Shown: positions 48,080-57,773 of the stretch, one piece after another
How the letters are laid out: every line of letters begins with the position of its first letter
How positions within the stretch are numbered: the stretch's first letter is position 1
From: Candidatus Latescibacterota bacterium
Lineage (GTDB): Bacteria > Latescibacterota > UBA2968 > UBA8231
DNA length: 64,000 nucleotides
Direction of reading: 5' to 3'
Assembly: GCA_965217585.1 (NCBI GenBank)
Contig: OZ244561.1
Location: forward strand, 6,880,001 to 6,944,000
The notes under the pieces: model-generated
The model's input: only the letters and a program-made list of their open reading frames with translations
Databases searched by the model: none
What the model was told of the DNA's origin: nothing
Program-made: the position numbers and the translations under genes

Positions 48080-48943
48080 ATGCCAAAGCTGAAAATTGTC
48101 GGTGCCGGTACGCCCACTCCCACCCGCGACCGCTGGGGCACCTGTTTCATCCTCGAGATATGCGACCAGCGGCTGATGATCGACTGCGGCCCTGCATCGA
48201 CCTTTAAGATGCACCGCATGGGCATCCCCTGCACCTCGGTGCACAACCTGTTCTTCACCCACCTGCACTCCGACCACATCTCCGATTATCTCTGCTTCCT
48301 GATGACGCGCTTCGACCAGTGCATCGGCACCGAGCCCGATCTGCACGTTTACGGACCTGCGCCAATCAAGCGCATTACCGACGGCATCTGGAGTCCCGAT
48401 GGCCTCTTCTGGTACGACGTGATCGCCCGCACCAACCATCCCATGAGCGTTCACGCCTACCAGATGCGCGGCGGCGTGGGCGATTCCAGACCGGAGCCGA
48501 CGGTCCGCGCAACCGAATACACCGAAGGGAAAGTGGCTGAAGGCAAGGGCTGGACCTGCTATACGCGCGAGGTCAAGCACGCCCAGCCCTACATCGAATG
48601 CTACGGCTTCCGCTTTGAGACCGAAGAAGGCGTCGTCGCTTTCAGTGGCGATACAGCGCCGATCGAGTCCGTAGTCGAGCTAGCTCGGGACGCAGACCTG
48701 TTCGTGATGGAGGCCGTGCATCGGGAGGAGAAGATCCAAACCTTCCCCAGCGTCATCTCCGAAACCGGCACCCTGAATGCCGGACGCATGGCCGCCGAGG
48801 CCGGTGCCAAGCGCTTGGTAATCAACCACCAGTCCCCGACCCTCGATTCGGAAGAAGAGACCACCGAGGGCATCGCCGAGGTAAAAAGCACCTTCGGCGG
48901 GCCTATGTACTGGGCGCGGGACATGATGGAAGTGGCCTGGTGA
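48080..48943 (+). CDS. MBL-fold metallo-hydrolase (RNase Z/AtsA-like)
   Basis: GAGTP, IDCG, THLHSDH, FSGDT, LVINH. Confidence 0.88.
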   Translation: MPKLKIVGAGTPTPTRDRWGTCFILEICDQRLMIDCGPASTFKMHRMGIPCTSVHNLFFTHLHSDHISDYLCFLMTRFDQCIGTEPDLHVYGPAPIKRITDGIWSPDGLFWYDVIARTNHPMSVHAYQMRGGVGDSRPEPTVRATEYTEGKVAEGKGWTCYTREVKHAQPYIECYGFRFETEEGVVAFSGDTAPIESVVELARDADLFVMEAVHREEKIQTFPSVISETGTLNAGRMAAEAGAKRLVINHQSPTLDSEEETTEGIAEVKSTFGGPMYWARDMMEVAW

Positions 48944-48956
48944 TTGGTCCAAGATC

Positions 48957-50021
48957 ATGGCGTCTGACCTCACATCGCCCTTCCGCTTCGTCCGCCTCAA
49001 CGCCACCATGTACCCAGCCGGCGAGTTGGAGCGATCGCTGTACGCCAAATTCGGCATCGCACCTGAATACGTCGAAGAAGAAGATCCGCAGGAACTCATT
49101 CGCCATCTATCCGGCTGCGACGCCGTCGCCGTCATTTCGACCGGCTTACCCGCGGCCGTGGTCGCATCGCTGGACCGCTGTCGCCTGATTTCGCGCCTCG
49201 GCAACGGCACCGATAAAATCGCTGTGGCAACGGCCACGGAAAACGGCATCGTCGTCTCCAACGCCCCTTTCTTCTGCGCCGAGGAAATGACCGACCACAT
49301 CATGGCCATGCTGTTGTCCTTGGCCCGCCAACTGCCGAGGATGGAGCAGTTCATGCGCGCTGGCCGCTTCCACCAAGCCCGTGTCGAGTCCACCCAGTTG
49401 CAGCGGCTCTCCACCTGTGCGCTGGGCATCGTCGGCTTTGGAGCCACCGGCGAGATGGTCGCCCGCCGCGCTAGGGCCTTTGGCCTCCGAGTCTTGGCCA
49501 CGCGCAGAAACCTGCAGGCACCCTTGCCGACGGACCTAGAAGTCGAGATGATGGACCTGGAAACGCTACTGGCCGAGTCCGACTTCATCTCCTTGCAGGT
49601 GCCCCTAAACGCGGACACCTACCACATGTTCGACGAAGAGCTGCTGCGCAAGATGAAGCCGGGCTCCTACCTGATCAACACCTCGCGCGGTGCCTTGGTA
49701 GATGAAGATGCGCTGGTACGGGTCCTGCGGGAGGGACCACTGGCCGGCGCGGCGCTGGACACCTACGAGTGGCTCAATGTTTTCACGGACGAGGATCAAA
49801 CCCCGCGGCATCCTCTCATGGAACTGGACAACGTCCTAATGACGTCCCACGTCTCCGCCCACTCGGTGCAATCTGGCGAAGACGTGGCGCGCACTGGCGT
49901 CTGTAATCTCGCCTCCGTCCTCAAGGGCCACTGGCCAGCGCCGGAAAACATCGTCAACCGAGGTGTAGTGCCGAGGTATCCGCTGAAACCGCACGATGCG
50001 GAACTGTACGCAAGCGCGTGA
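48957..50021 (+). CDS. D-isomer-specific 2-hydroxyacid dehydrogenase (CtBP-like)
   Basis: GIVGFGATG, SDFISLQVPL, INTSRGALVDE, AALD, TSHVSA. Confidence 0.9.
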   Translation: MASDLTSPFRFVRLNATMYPAGELERSLYAKFGIAPEYVEEEDPQELIRHLSGCDAVAVISTGLPAAVVASLDRCRLISRLGNGTDKIAVATATENGIVVSNAPFFCAEEMTDHIMAMLLSLARQLPRMEQFMRAGRFHQARVESTQLQRLSTCALGIVGFGATGEMVARRARAFGLRVLATRRNLQAPLPTDLEVEMMDLETLLAESDFISLQVPLNADTYHMFDEELLRKMKPGSYLINTSRGALVDEDALVRVLREGPLAGAALDTYEWLNVFTDEDQTPRHPLMELDNVLMTSHVSAHSVQSGEDVARTGVCNLASVLKGHWPAPENIVNRGVVPRYPLKPHDAELYASA

Positions 50022-50052
50022 TCGCATCAGTGCCCCCAAAGAAAGGAATCCC

Positions 50053-50844
50053 ATGTCCCCACAACGCCTCATCCTCTTTGTCCTCGACGGACTGCGGCCC
50101 GACGGTTTGCAACAGGCCTCCACCCCCCACATCGATCGCTTGATCAGCCAAGGTGCCAGCACCTATGCAGCCCGCACCGTGATGCCTTCGTCCACCTTGC
50201 CCTGCCACACCTCCATGTTTCGCGGCGTGACCCCACAACGGCACGGCATTACCACCAACACTTGGGTGCCCCAAGTCAGACCCGTGCCCAGCCTAGTCGA
50301 CGTGCTGCACCAAGCTGACAAGCGCACGGCCTTCTTCTACAATTGGGAACAATTGCGCGATCTGGCCGACCCAGGTTCGCTGGACCGCTCGTACTATATG
50401 AACAACTGCCACGAGCCAGACGGCGACGGGGAATTGGCCAGCTTGGCCGCGGCAACGCTGCGGGAATGGACGCCCGATTTCGCCTTTGTCTATCTAGGCT
50501 GTACCGATATAGCCGGCCACAACCACGGCTGGATGTCGGCCGAATATCTAACCGCTATTGGGCGGGCCGATGCAGCTATTGGCGCGGTGTTAGAGGCGGT
50601 CAACCAAGAAGAGACCGTGGTCATCGTCACCAGCGACCACGGAGGGCACGAGCACACCCACGGCACGGAAATGGATGAGGACATGACCATTCCGTGGGTG
50701 ATCGCCGGTCCTGCGGTGTCCTCCGGGCGACACCTGCAGGAACCGGTGAGTATCATCGACAACCCGACGACCATTGCCGCTTTGCTGGAAGTGGCACCGG
50801 CGGAGGATTGGGCCGGACAAGTGGTGCGGGAAGCCCTCGTATAG
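50053..50844 (+). CDS. Alkaline phosphatase superfamily / nucleotide pyrophosphatase-phosphodiesterase
   Basis: LDGLRPD, PSSTLPCHTSM, TD.AGH.HGW, VTSDHGG. Confidence 0.88.
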   Translation: MSPQRLILFVLDGLRPDGLQQASTPHIDRLISQGASTYAARTVMPSSTLPCHTSMFRGVTPQRHGITTNTWVPQVRPVPSLVDVLHQADKRTAFFYNWEQLRDLADPGSLDRSYYMNNCHEPDGDGELASLAAATLREWTPDFAFVYLGCTDIAGHNHGWMSAEYLTAIGRADAAIGAVLEAVNQEETVVIVTSDHGGHEHTHGTEMDEDMTIPWVIAGPAVSSGRHLQEPVSIIDNPTTIAALLEVAPAEDWAGQVVREALV

Positions 50845-50867
50845 CGAAACCGTTTCCCCAGATAATC

Positions 50868-52868
50868 TCAGCGGTAAAAGGGCGGCGGCCTCAGCAGGCA
50901 TTTGATGACGTGGGTGCCGGCGCTCATGTAGAGCACGCCGGGATCCCCTTCGGTCAGGGCGTAGAGTTCGGGCAGAGGCGGATCGTTGAGATAGGTCAGG
51001 ACGCGGGACGAGCCGTCGATGCGGAACAGGTCAAAGCGCGTCAGGCCGTAGATAAAGCCGTCGGAGGCGCAGATCAGCGGGAACATCTCCACCCCTTCGG
51101 GCACGCCCATCAATCGGGTACCCTCCGAGCGCAGGGGGCCTATCACTTCTTCTATGACAAACCGCTCCGGATCGAAAGCGAACAAGCGGCGGTTGTCCGT
51201 GGTGCCAAAAACTAGCCCCGAGGGGTGGACGGCCAAGCTGGTGACCGTGTTGGCCCCTTCCACCGGACGCAGTTGGCAAACGCGCTGTTTAGTCTGGGGG
51301 TCAAAGACGAATAACAAGCCGTCGCGGGTGGTGATTTCCGCGCCGCGGCCCCCGTAAATGCTGGTGCCACCGTACACATAGCGCTGGTCTGCGGCCACGC
51401 ATTGCACGCTTTGTTCGGGGTCGAGGTAGATTTCCCGGTGCTCGAGGCCGGTTGCGGGATCGTACGAGGCCAGGGAGCCACCGGGAATGCCATAATTGCT
51501 GCGGTTGGCCACATAAATGCGGCCGTCGGGGCCGGTCACCACTTCAAAGGGTCGGTTCTGGTTCTGGCCCAACTGTCCCCAGTTGCGCGGATTGCTGTCG
51601 CGCTCTGAGCCGGGATTCCACGGCCGACTCGGGTCGTACACGCCGATGTTGGAGCCGCCGTAGCTGCCGAGGTAGAGCTTGTCTTGGTGGGCGTGGACGT
51701 GGTAGAGTTCGCCGCCGGACCAAGTGAAACCCAAATCGTCTATTGCATCGGTAGCGGGATCTATGGCGCACAGGTGCATGCCGTAAATATTGGTGCCGTA
51801 GATCTTGCCCTCCGGCCCTCTACCCAAAGCGCATACCGCGCTACCACGGCTGCCTTGATAGACCTCAAAACTGCGTTCTTCCCGGTCGCCGGTATCGGGG
51901 TTTACAATAGTGGCGCGGCCCTCCTCGACTTGGGCGAAGACCAAATGGCCGTCTTTGCTCAGCCCCGCTATGCCGGCGAAAGGACCTTGGCAAATGGAGC
52001 GGATGTCCAAGGTCTGGGCATCGATAGCCACCAATTGATCCCCAGCCCAAGCGTACACCACCCCACGGTCAGTGGCGCGGCTATTGCGGCCCAAGGCTAA
52101 GGGCGCGAGCGCCGCGCTAGGGCTGTCGAGGCGGGCCACTTCGGTGAAATCGGCGTTGAGGACGCGCACTTGATCGCCAGCCGCCAAAAAGAGGCGATCC
52201 CCTTCGGATATAGCGCCGGCAATTCCCTCGGCTGCGGGCGGCACGTCGCTCAACTGACCGCTTTCCACATCGTAGATTTTGGCCGGGACGGCCGGATAGC
52301 CACTGAGTAGCAGCCGGCCGTCGGGCAGCAATTGGATGCGCACTAGGCGATCGGTGGGCGGGGCAAACGGACGGCAGAGTTTGTCAAAGCACCGCTTTTG
52401 CGGGTCGTAGCAGAACAGCTCGGCCAGTTCGTGGCCTCCCATGTACAACAGGCCATCGCGCTCCTCCATACACAGGAGGCGCTGATCGCCGGGAGCGGGA
52501 CGCCCCAGACTGCTGAAAGTGCGAACCTGGGCGTCAAAGACCATGAGATGGTGGCCGTGATCGGCCGACAGGCCGGACATGATCAGGGCGTAAATGGTGC
52601 CGTCTTGAGCCTGGAAGACCGGGCCGTGCTCGCGGCAGGGCATGGGAAAGACTTCCAAGCGGCCGGTGTCGAGGTCATTGCAAAAGTAGTGGGCCCCGTC
52701 TTGGGAGAATTCGGCACCCCAAGCCAAGGTGTGCCCATTGGCGGGGTCGTAGGTGATGGAGAAGCCGTTCCACACAGCACCGACAAAGGGGATGCCCAAG
52801 TCGTAATAGGCAACGCGCGGACGCGGGGCCGGCGGTAAGGTGGGAGCGCGGGAGGTGAGAGCTGGCAT
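50868..52868 (-). CDS. Multi-blade beta-propeller protein of unknown function
   Basis: Repeated GPDG.IY.G / YDP.TG blade motifs, YDPSRPWN...NPR; no signal peptide. Confidence 0.65.
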   Translation of the reverse strand: MPALTSRAPTLPPAPRPRVAYYDLGIPFVGAVWNGFSITYDPANGHTLAWGAEFSQDGAHYFCNDLDTGRLEVFPMPCREHGPVFQAQDGTIYALIMSGLSADHGHHLMVFDAQVRTFSSLGRPAPGDQRLLCMEERDGLLYMGGHELAELFCYDPQKRCFDKLCRPFAPPTDRLVRIQLLPDGRLLLSGYPAVPAKIYDVESGQLSDVPPAAEGIAGAISEGDRLFLAAGDQVRVLNADFTEVARLDSPSAALAPLALGRNSRATDRGVVYAWAGDQLVAIDAQTLDIRSICQGPFAGIAGLSKDGHLVFAQVEEGRATIVNPDTGDREERSFEVYQGSRGSAVCALGRGPEGKIYGTNIYGMHLCAIDPATDAIDDLGFTWSGGELYHVHAHQDKLYLGSYGGSNIGVYDPSRPWNPGSERDSNPRNWGQLGQNQNRPFEVVTGPDGRIYVANRSNYGIPGGSLASYDPATGLEHREIYLDPEQSVQCVAADQRYVYGGTSIYGGRGAEITTRDGLLFVFDPQTKQRVCQLRPVEGANTVTSLAVHPSGLVFGTTDNRRLFAFDPERFVIEEVIGPLRSEGTRLMGVPEGVEMFPLICASDGFIYGLTRFDLFRIDGSSRVLTYLNDPPLPELYALTEGDPGVLYMSAGTHVIKCLLRPPPFYR

Positions 52869-52952
52869 AGAGGCTCCTGTGGTTCTGGCGAGTGGGAGGA
52901 TTGGTCGTTTCAGGTAGAGTATGTACCAGCGCGTCGCCCTACCGATTGATTT

Positions 52953-53984
52953 TCACTTCGGTTTGTTCGCCCCGCAGGATTCCCGCACGACCAGAGACGA
53001 TTTCAAGGTTATTTGCCGAGGCGTCTCCTGCCCCTCAAGCTGTTCCAACATCAATTCCATCGCCGCTTGGGCAATCGCCTCGTAGGGAGTTGATAGTATG
53101 GTCAGGGCCGGCGTCAGATACGCCGCCACCTCCATACCGCCGTTTCCCACCACGGCCACATCCTCGGGGACGCGAAGACCTGATTCCCGTAGCCCGCGAC
53201 AAACGCCTATGGCCGTATAATTGTTCCGGCACACAAGGGCCGTAAACGTCCCGTCGCGGAGCCTTTCACGCAGGCGATACCCCGATTCTGCAGGAAGAAA
53301 GCCTCTAGCATGTATGCGTTTGGGGGTCAGACCGTGCTTTTGCATCGCCAGAAAATACCCCTTGGCCTTGGCTGAACCCACGCGGTTCCGATTCCAGTCC
53401 GATCCGATAAACCCGATCCGCTCGTGACCCAACCGGATCAAATGCTCTGTGGCCTCGTAAAAACTCGTTGTCTCGTCCAGCACGACTCCGCTCAGGTTTG
53501 GAATCGGGGCCGGGAAGGTCACCACGGGCATTCGTCCCCGCACGGCATCCGCAACGCGCTCGGGCTCTCCTTGGTATCCCCGCCAATTAATCAAGAGTCC
53601 GTCTATGCCCCGGGAAATCAACTGCTTGATCTGATGGATCTGGTCAGTCTGTGGCTTCTTAGAAAACCGATCAGCGGCCACGCCCATCACGACCTGATAA
53701 CCCTGCTTGCTAACCGCCCTCAGAATCTGGTCAGTCTGACTCAACTCCTCGAAGGTTTGGTAGGTCAGTAGACCGAGGGTACCGGTCTCGTGCGTGACCA
53801 TCCCCCGCGCCATCAAATTGGGACTGTAGTTCATCTGGTCGGCTGTTTGTTGCACTCGCCTTCGGGTCTTCTCCTTCACCAAGGCCGACACCTTCCGGTC
53901 CGGAGATAGAGCCCGTGAGACAGTTGAATACGAAATCTTCAACTGCCGTGCAATGTCTTTGATGGTAGCTTGCCTTTTCTTCAT
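52953..53984 (-). CDS. LacI family transcriptional regulator
   Basis: ATIKDIA..L.IS.STVSRAL HTH, YSPN..AR, GHERIGFI, GLRVPEDVAVVG, LVVRESC. Confidence 0.93.
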   Translation of the reverse strand: MKKRQATIKDIARQLKISYSTVSRALSPDRKVSALVKEKTRRRVQQTADQMNYSPNLMARGMVTHETGTLGLLTYQTFEELSQTDQILRAVSKQGYQVVMGVAADRFSKKPQTDQIHQIKQLISRGIDGLLINWRGYQGEPERVADAVRGRMPVVTFPAPIPNLSGVVLDETTSFYEATEHLIRLGHERIGFIGSDWNRNRVGSAKAKGYFLAMQKHGLTPKRIHARGFLPAESGYRLRERLRDGTFTALVCRNNYTAIGVCRGLRESGLRVPEDVAVVGNGGMEVAAYLTPALTILSTPYEAIAQAAMELMLEQLEGQETPRQITLKSSLVVRESCGANKPK

Positions 53985-54049
53985 TAGCTAATCCCAATGC
54001 TATCAAGTATAAAGTAACCGTCCTAATCCTAACTAATATATAAATTTTA

Positions 54050-54208
54050 TTGCTCACCGCTGTATCGTCTAGCGCAGCGGACCGGGGACGATGGGCGAGA
54101 CAGTACCAGCGCCTCGGCGTGCCCTATGGCTTGGACTACGCCGAGGCATCCGCCGGCTCGGCAGGGGTCGGTGGCATTTGTGAGATGGCTTCTAGAAGCG
54201 ATGAGCAA
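54050..54208 (+). other. Structured intergenic element (candidate cis-regulatory RNA or MITE-like relic)
   Basis: Closing stem 54050-54060/54198-54208 (10/11 pairs); perfect 10-bp stem 54111-54120/54138-54147; GU-rich stem 54150-54159/54165-54174. Confidence 0.4.
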
Positions 54209-54304
54209 ACGAGCTTGACCCGCGACCAACAAAATTCCTTTATTTGCCCTGCGTCTCGACCACGTGCTGGCCCTCCCCAGCAGAAAGAAGCTAGCGGTAA
54301 CTGT

Positions 54305-55594
54305 ATGAGAGCAATGACGAGGCGATCGCTGCTCCGTGCCGGCCTTACCGGTTGCTTGGTCGCCCCTTGGTGGCACGCGCTGCGGGCCTTTGCCGCCCGT
54401 CCCGCTGAGTCGCCTACAGCATCTGGCGTAACCGACACTGAGATTATCCTCGGCATGTCCGCCGCTTTCTCCGGCTCCTCCCGGGGGTTGGGCATCGAAC
54501 TCTATCGGGGTGCTGGCGCGTATTTTACCCACGTAAACGAACAAGGAGGCGTGGCTGGCCGCACCCTGCGGGTCAAAGCCTATGACGATGGCTACCAACC
54601 CGGCCCTTCAGTCAAAAACACCATGAAGCTGATGCTCGACGATCAGGTGTTTTTGCTGTTCGGCTACGTTGGCACGCCGACGGTGACGCGCGTGTTGCCC
54701 ATCCTCAAGAAATTCCAAGACCAGAACATCCTGCTATTCTTCCCCTTCACCGGCGCACAACCCCAGCGCGAACCACCCTATGGTGCCTTCGCCTTTAATC
54801 TGCGCGCCTCCTACCGCCAAGAAACGGCGGGTCTAGTCGATAATTTCGTGCGCGTCAACCGCCGGCGCATCGCCGTGTTCTATCAGGCCGATGCGTACGG
54901 CCGCAGCGGCTGGGCCGGCGTGCGAAGCGCCCTGAAAAAGCACGGCGAACAAATCGTCGGCGAGGCCACCTACCGGCGCGGCGAACGGTTCACCGGCACC
55001 ATGCGCAAACAGGTCGAAATCCTCAAGGCGGCCAAGCCCGAAGCGGTGATCTGCATCGGGGCCTATGCGGCCTGCGCGGCCTTTGCCCGCGATGCCGTCG
55101 ATCTCGGCCTGCAAGTGCCCTTTGCCAACCTGTCGTTTGTCGGCAGCGAAAATCTCCTCAAGCTGCTCACCGAGGGACGCGACGACAGCCAGCGCTATAC
55201 GCAATGGCTGGTAAACTCCCAAGTGGTACCCAGTTACGAAGACACCTCCATACCTGCGGTCCAAGAGTATCGCGACTTGATGAACCGCTACGCCCCGCAG
55301 GCTCCCGCAGAACTGCTGCAAGACCCCTACACGCCTTTTGACCACAGCTTCGTCAGTCTCGAAGGCTTTCTCAACGCCAAGTTGATGGTCGAAATTTTGC
55401 ACCGCCTCGGGGCCGAGCCGCAGCGCAACCAACTCGAAGATGCGGTGTTCTCCGTCGCGGACTTCGATCTGGGCATTGGCGAACAGGTCTCCTTTGGTCC
55501 CGACCGTCGCCAAGGACTCGAGCGAGTGTACTACACGGTTGTCGATGAAGGCCGCTTTGTCCCCCTGGACGATTGGCGTGCTAGGTTTGCATGA
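54305..55594 (+). CDS. Tat-exported periplasmic binding protein (LivK/LivJ-like fold)
   Basis: MRAMTRRSLLRAG twin-arginine signal; GVTDTEI.LGMSA, DDGYQP, YVGTPT, NLRASY.QE, DAYG. Start reset to 54305. Confidence 0.88.
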   Translation: MRAMTRRSLLRAGLTGCLVAPWWHALRAFAARPAESPTASGVTDTEIILGMSAAFSGSSRGLGIELYRGAGAYFTHVNEQGGVAGRTLRVKAYDDGYQPGPSVKNTMKLMLDDQVFLLFGYVGTPTVTRVLPILKKFQDQNILLFFPFTGAQPQREPPYGAFAFNLRASYRQETAGLVDNFVRVNRRRIAVFYQADAYGRSGWAGVRSALKKHGEQIVGEATYRRGERFTGTMRKQVEILKAAKPEAVICIGAYAACAAFARDAVDLGLQVPFANLSFVGSENLLKLLTEGRDDSQRYTQWLVNSQVVPSYEDTSIPAVQEYRDLMNRYAPQAPAELLQDPYTPFDHSFVSLEGFLNAKLMVEILHRLGAEPQRNQLEDAVFSVADFDLGIGEQVSFGPDRRQGLERVYYTVVDEGRFVPLDDWRARFA

Positions 55595-56322
55595 TGATAA
55601 AAGTCCAAAAGCTCTTTAAGAAAACGCTGTTCGGCGTCTTTGCTCTATTTGGCTTGATCGGCCTATCGACCTCCATTCTGTGCGTCTATACGGTCGATAC
55701 GCACCTGTCGGCCGAATACGAGAGCAACAGCCGCGACATTGCCAAAACCATCGCCGATTCCAGCGTGGACATTCTCCTAAATCGCGACTTGTCGGCTTTG
55801 CAGTCGCTCATCGATCAGTTCGTCGAAATTCAGGGCATCAAGTACATCTACATCACCGACGAGGCCGGCGAGTTTCTCGCCCACACCTTTGTGCCGGGCA
55901 TTCCCGCAGAAATTCGCGCTAGCGATCCGTTTAATATGGACACGGTGGAGCGCAGCCTGCCTGGGATGGGCGATTTCGTCGAAGTGGGCAGTCCGATTCT
56001 CGCCGGCGTTGCCGGGACGGTTCACGTGGGCATGGACACCGGTCTGATTGCGCTAAAAATTCAACGCGCAATCGGCCAGCAGGTGTACCTCTTTTCCATC
56101 ATCCTCGTCGTCGGCGTCTTTGCCGCCATCTGGTTGGTCAATCTGGCGGCCAAGCCGCTGGGCGCACTTTTGGGCTATGCTGTGGGCATGGCGCGCGATG
56201 ACAACGATGAGAAACCCGCCGCCGACAACCTGTTGGCGCGCGACGACGAAGTTGGACACCTAGCTCGACTCTTCCTCTATGTTGCCGACAGAGGCCAGCG
56301 CTCGCCTGAAAGCGTAGAGTAG
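55591..56322 (+). CDS. Membrane sensor-like protein (TM-periplasmic domain-TM-HAMP) without output domain
   Basis: Two TM segments; HAMP-like KPL..L......RDDEVGHLARLF, stop about 15 aa later; ATGA coupling to the binding protein gene. Confidence 0.72.
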   Translation: MMIKVQKLFKKTLFGVFALFGLIGLSTSILCVYTVDTHLSAEYESNSRDIAKTIADSSVDILLNRDLSALQSLIDQFVEIQGIKYIYITDEAGEFLAHTFVPGIPAEIRASDPFNMDTVERSLPGMGDFVEVGSPILAGVAGTVHVGMDTGLIALKIQRAIGQQVYLFSIILVVGVFAAIWLVNLAAKPLGALLGYAVGMARDDNDEKPAADNLLARDDEVGHLARLFLYVADRGQRSPESVE

Positions 56323-56349
56323 GTCTCGACTCCCCGGCGATAATGTAGC

Positions 56350-56379
56350 CGCAGATGAACGCAGATTAGCGCAGAGGTG
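56350..56379 (+). repeat. Three 10-bp tandem units cgcagaNNNN
   Basis: cgcagatgaa cgcagattag cgcagaggtg. Confidence 0.5.
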
Positions 56380-56426
56380 GAGTGAGGTCGCTCGATGCGA
56401 GTGATTGGCGATTGAGGTCTAGGAAA

Positions 56427-57736
56427 ATGGCGCAACAAAGGCTACTGATTCCGCGCTCGATCATGGCGCTGTTCTGCACGGTCCTGCAGGTCTGCTTTGG
56501 GACGGTGTACGCGTGGAGTTTCTTCCAAACGATCTTGGTGCGGCAATTGGGTTGGTCGTTCACGGAAACGGCTTGGGCTTTCAGCCTGACGATCCTTTCG
56601 CTGGGCACCTCGGCGGCTTGGGCCGGCGCGCTGCTGCCGAGGGTCGGACCGCGGCGCTTGGCCGTGACCGGCAGCGTCATGTTTGCAGGCGGCTACATGC
56701 TGGCGAGTCTGGCGCTGCACTGGGACATGCTCGCGCTGTTCTACGTGGGGTACGGCGTCATCGGAGGGGCGGGCATCGGGATGGGCTACGTGACGCCCGT
56801 GGCGACGGTGGCCAAGTGGTTCCCGGACAAAAAGGGCTTGGCGACCGGGATTGTCGTGATGGGGTTTGGGGTGGGCGCACTGCTGTTGAGCAAGGGCTTG
56901 GCACCCCTGCTCATAGTGCGCATGGAAGGCGATTTGTCGCTTGTCTTCTTGGGGCTCGGGTGATCTTCGCCTGTGTACTGATCCCCTGCAGCTTGGTGTT
57001 GAGCAATCCCCCGGTCGCCGTTGGAGCGGTTGCCGAACAGCCGCGCAACGACGAGTCCGACTCGGCTGCGCCTTATCTGCGCTCCTCCGAATTCGTTCTC
57101 ATGTGGACTGTATTCTTTTGTAACATCGCCGCCGGCATCTCCATCATCAGCTTTCAGTCGGAACTGCTGCAGGAAGTTTGGGGGCTGGCCGATCCAACGG
57201 TGGAGCCAGCGACGCTAGCCGAATATGGGGCGACGCTGATCGCCGTCAGTTCGCTGTGCAATGGCGTGGGCCGGCTGTTTTGGGGATTGCTTTCGGACCG
57301 GCTGGGGCGCGTCAGGGTCTTCAGAATTCTGCTCGCCAGTCAGATGGTCGTCTTTGGCATTTTGATGACCGAGCGCAATCCCTATGTTTTTTCGGCGCTC
57401 GTTTGTTATGTCCTCTTGTGCTTTGGCGGGGGCTTTGCCACCATGCCCTCTTTCGTACTCGATGTTTTTGGCCCGCAAAAGATGTCGACGATCTACGGAA
57501 CCATTTTGACGGCCTGGGCGGCGGCGGGAATCTGCGGGCCGCTGTACGTGGGGTACCTAAAGGATCAATATCCCGACCGGGCGTTCATCTATTGCTTCCT
57601 GATTGGTATTCTGATGCTTGGGCTTGGCTACGTATTCTCTTATTTGCTGAGCGACGACCGCATTCGCCTCCGCCGGCCGACCTTGGAGGATACGCTGCGT
57701 CAGTATGGCATTTTGCCCGTGGGGCAAGGTAGCTAA
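56427..57736 (+). pseudogene. OFA (oxalate/formate antiporter)-family MFS transporter, frameshifted
   Basis: GTVYAWS, GMGYVTPV...KWFPDKKGLATG in frame 1, stop at ctcgggTGA 56963. Continues as VIFACVL...NGVGRLFWG.LSDR.GR...FGGGFATMP in frame 2. One extra G in the run restores a ~436-aa protein. Confidence 0.82.
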
Positions 57737-57773
57737 ATTATACGAATGCAATTAAACAAGTGGAGTTTTAAAA

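Noticed and set aside
54060-54105. Resemblance to the yybP-ykoY riboswitch (tcgtc...ccgg...ggcgagac) and, nearby, to SAH (ccgagg...ggctcgg)
   Set aside because: The GGGGAGUAGC and GAGCGCUGC cores, respectively, are absent.
54050-54304. 85-aa N-terminal extension of the binding protein
   Set aside because: The twin-arginine signal begins at 54305; the extension has no recognisable features.
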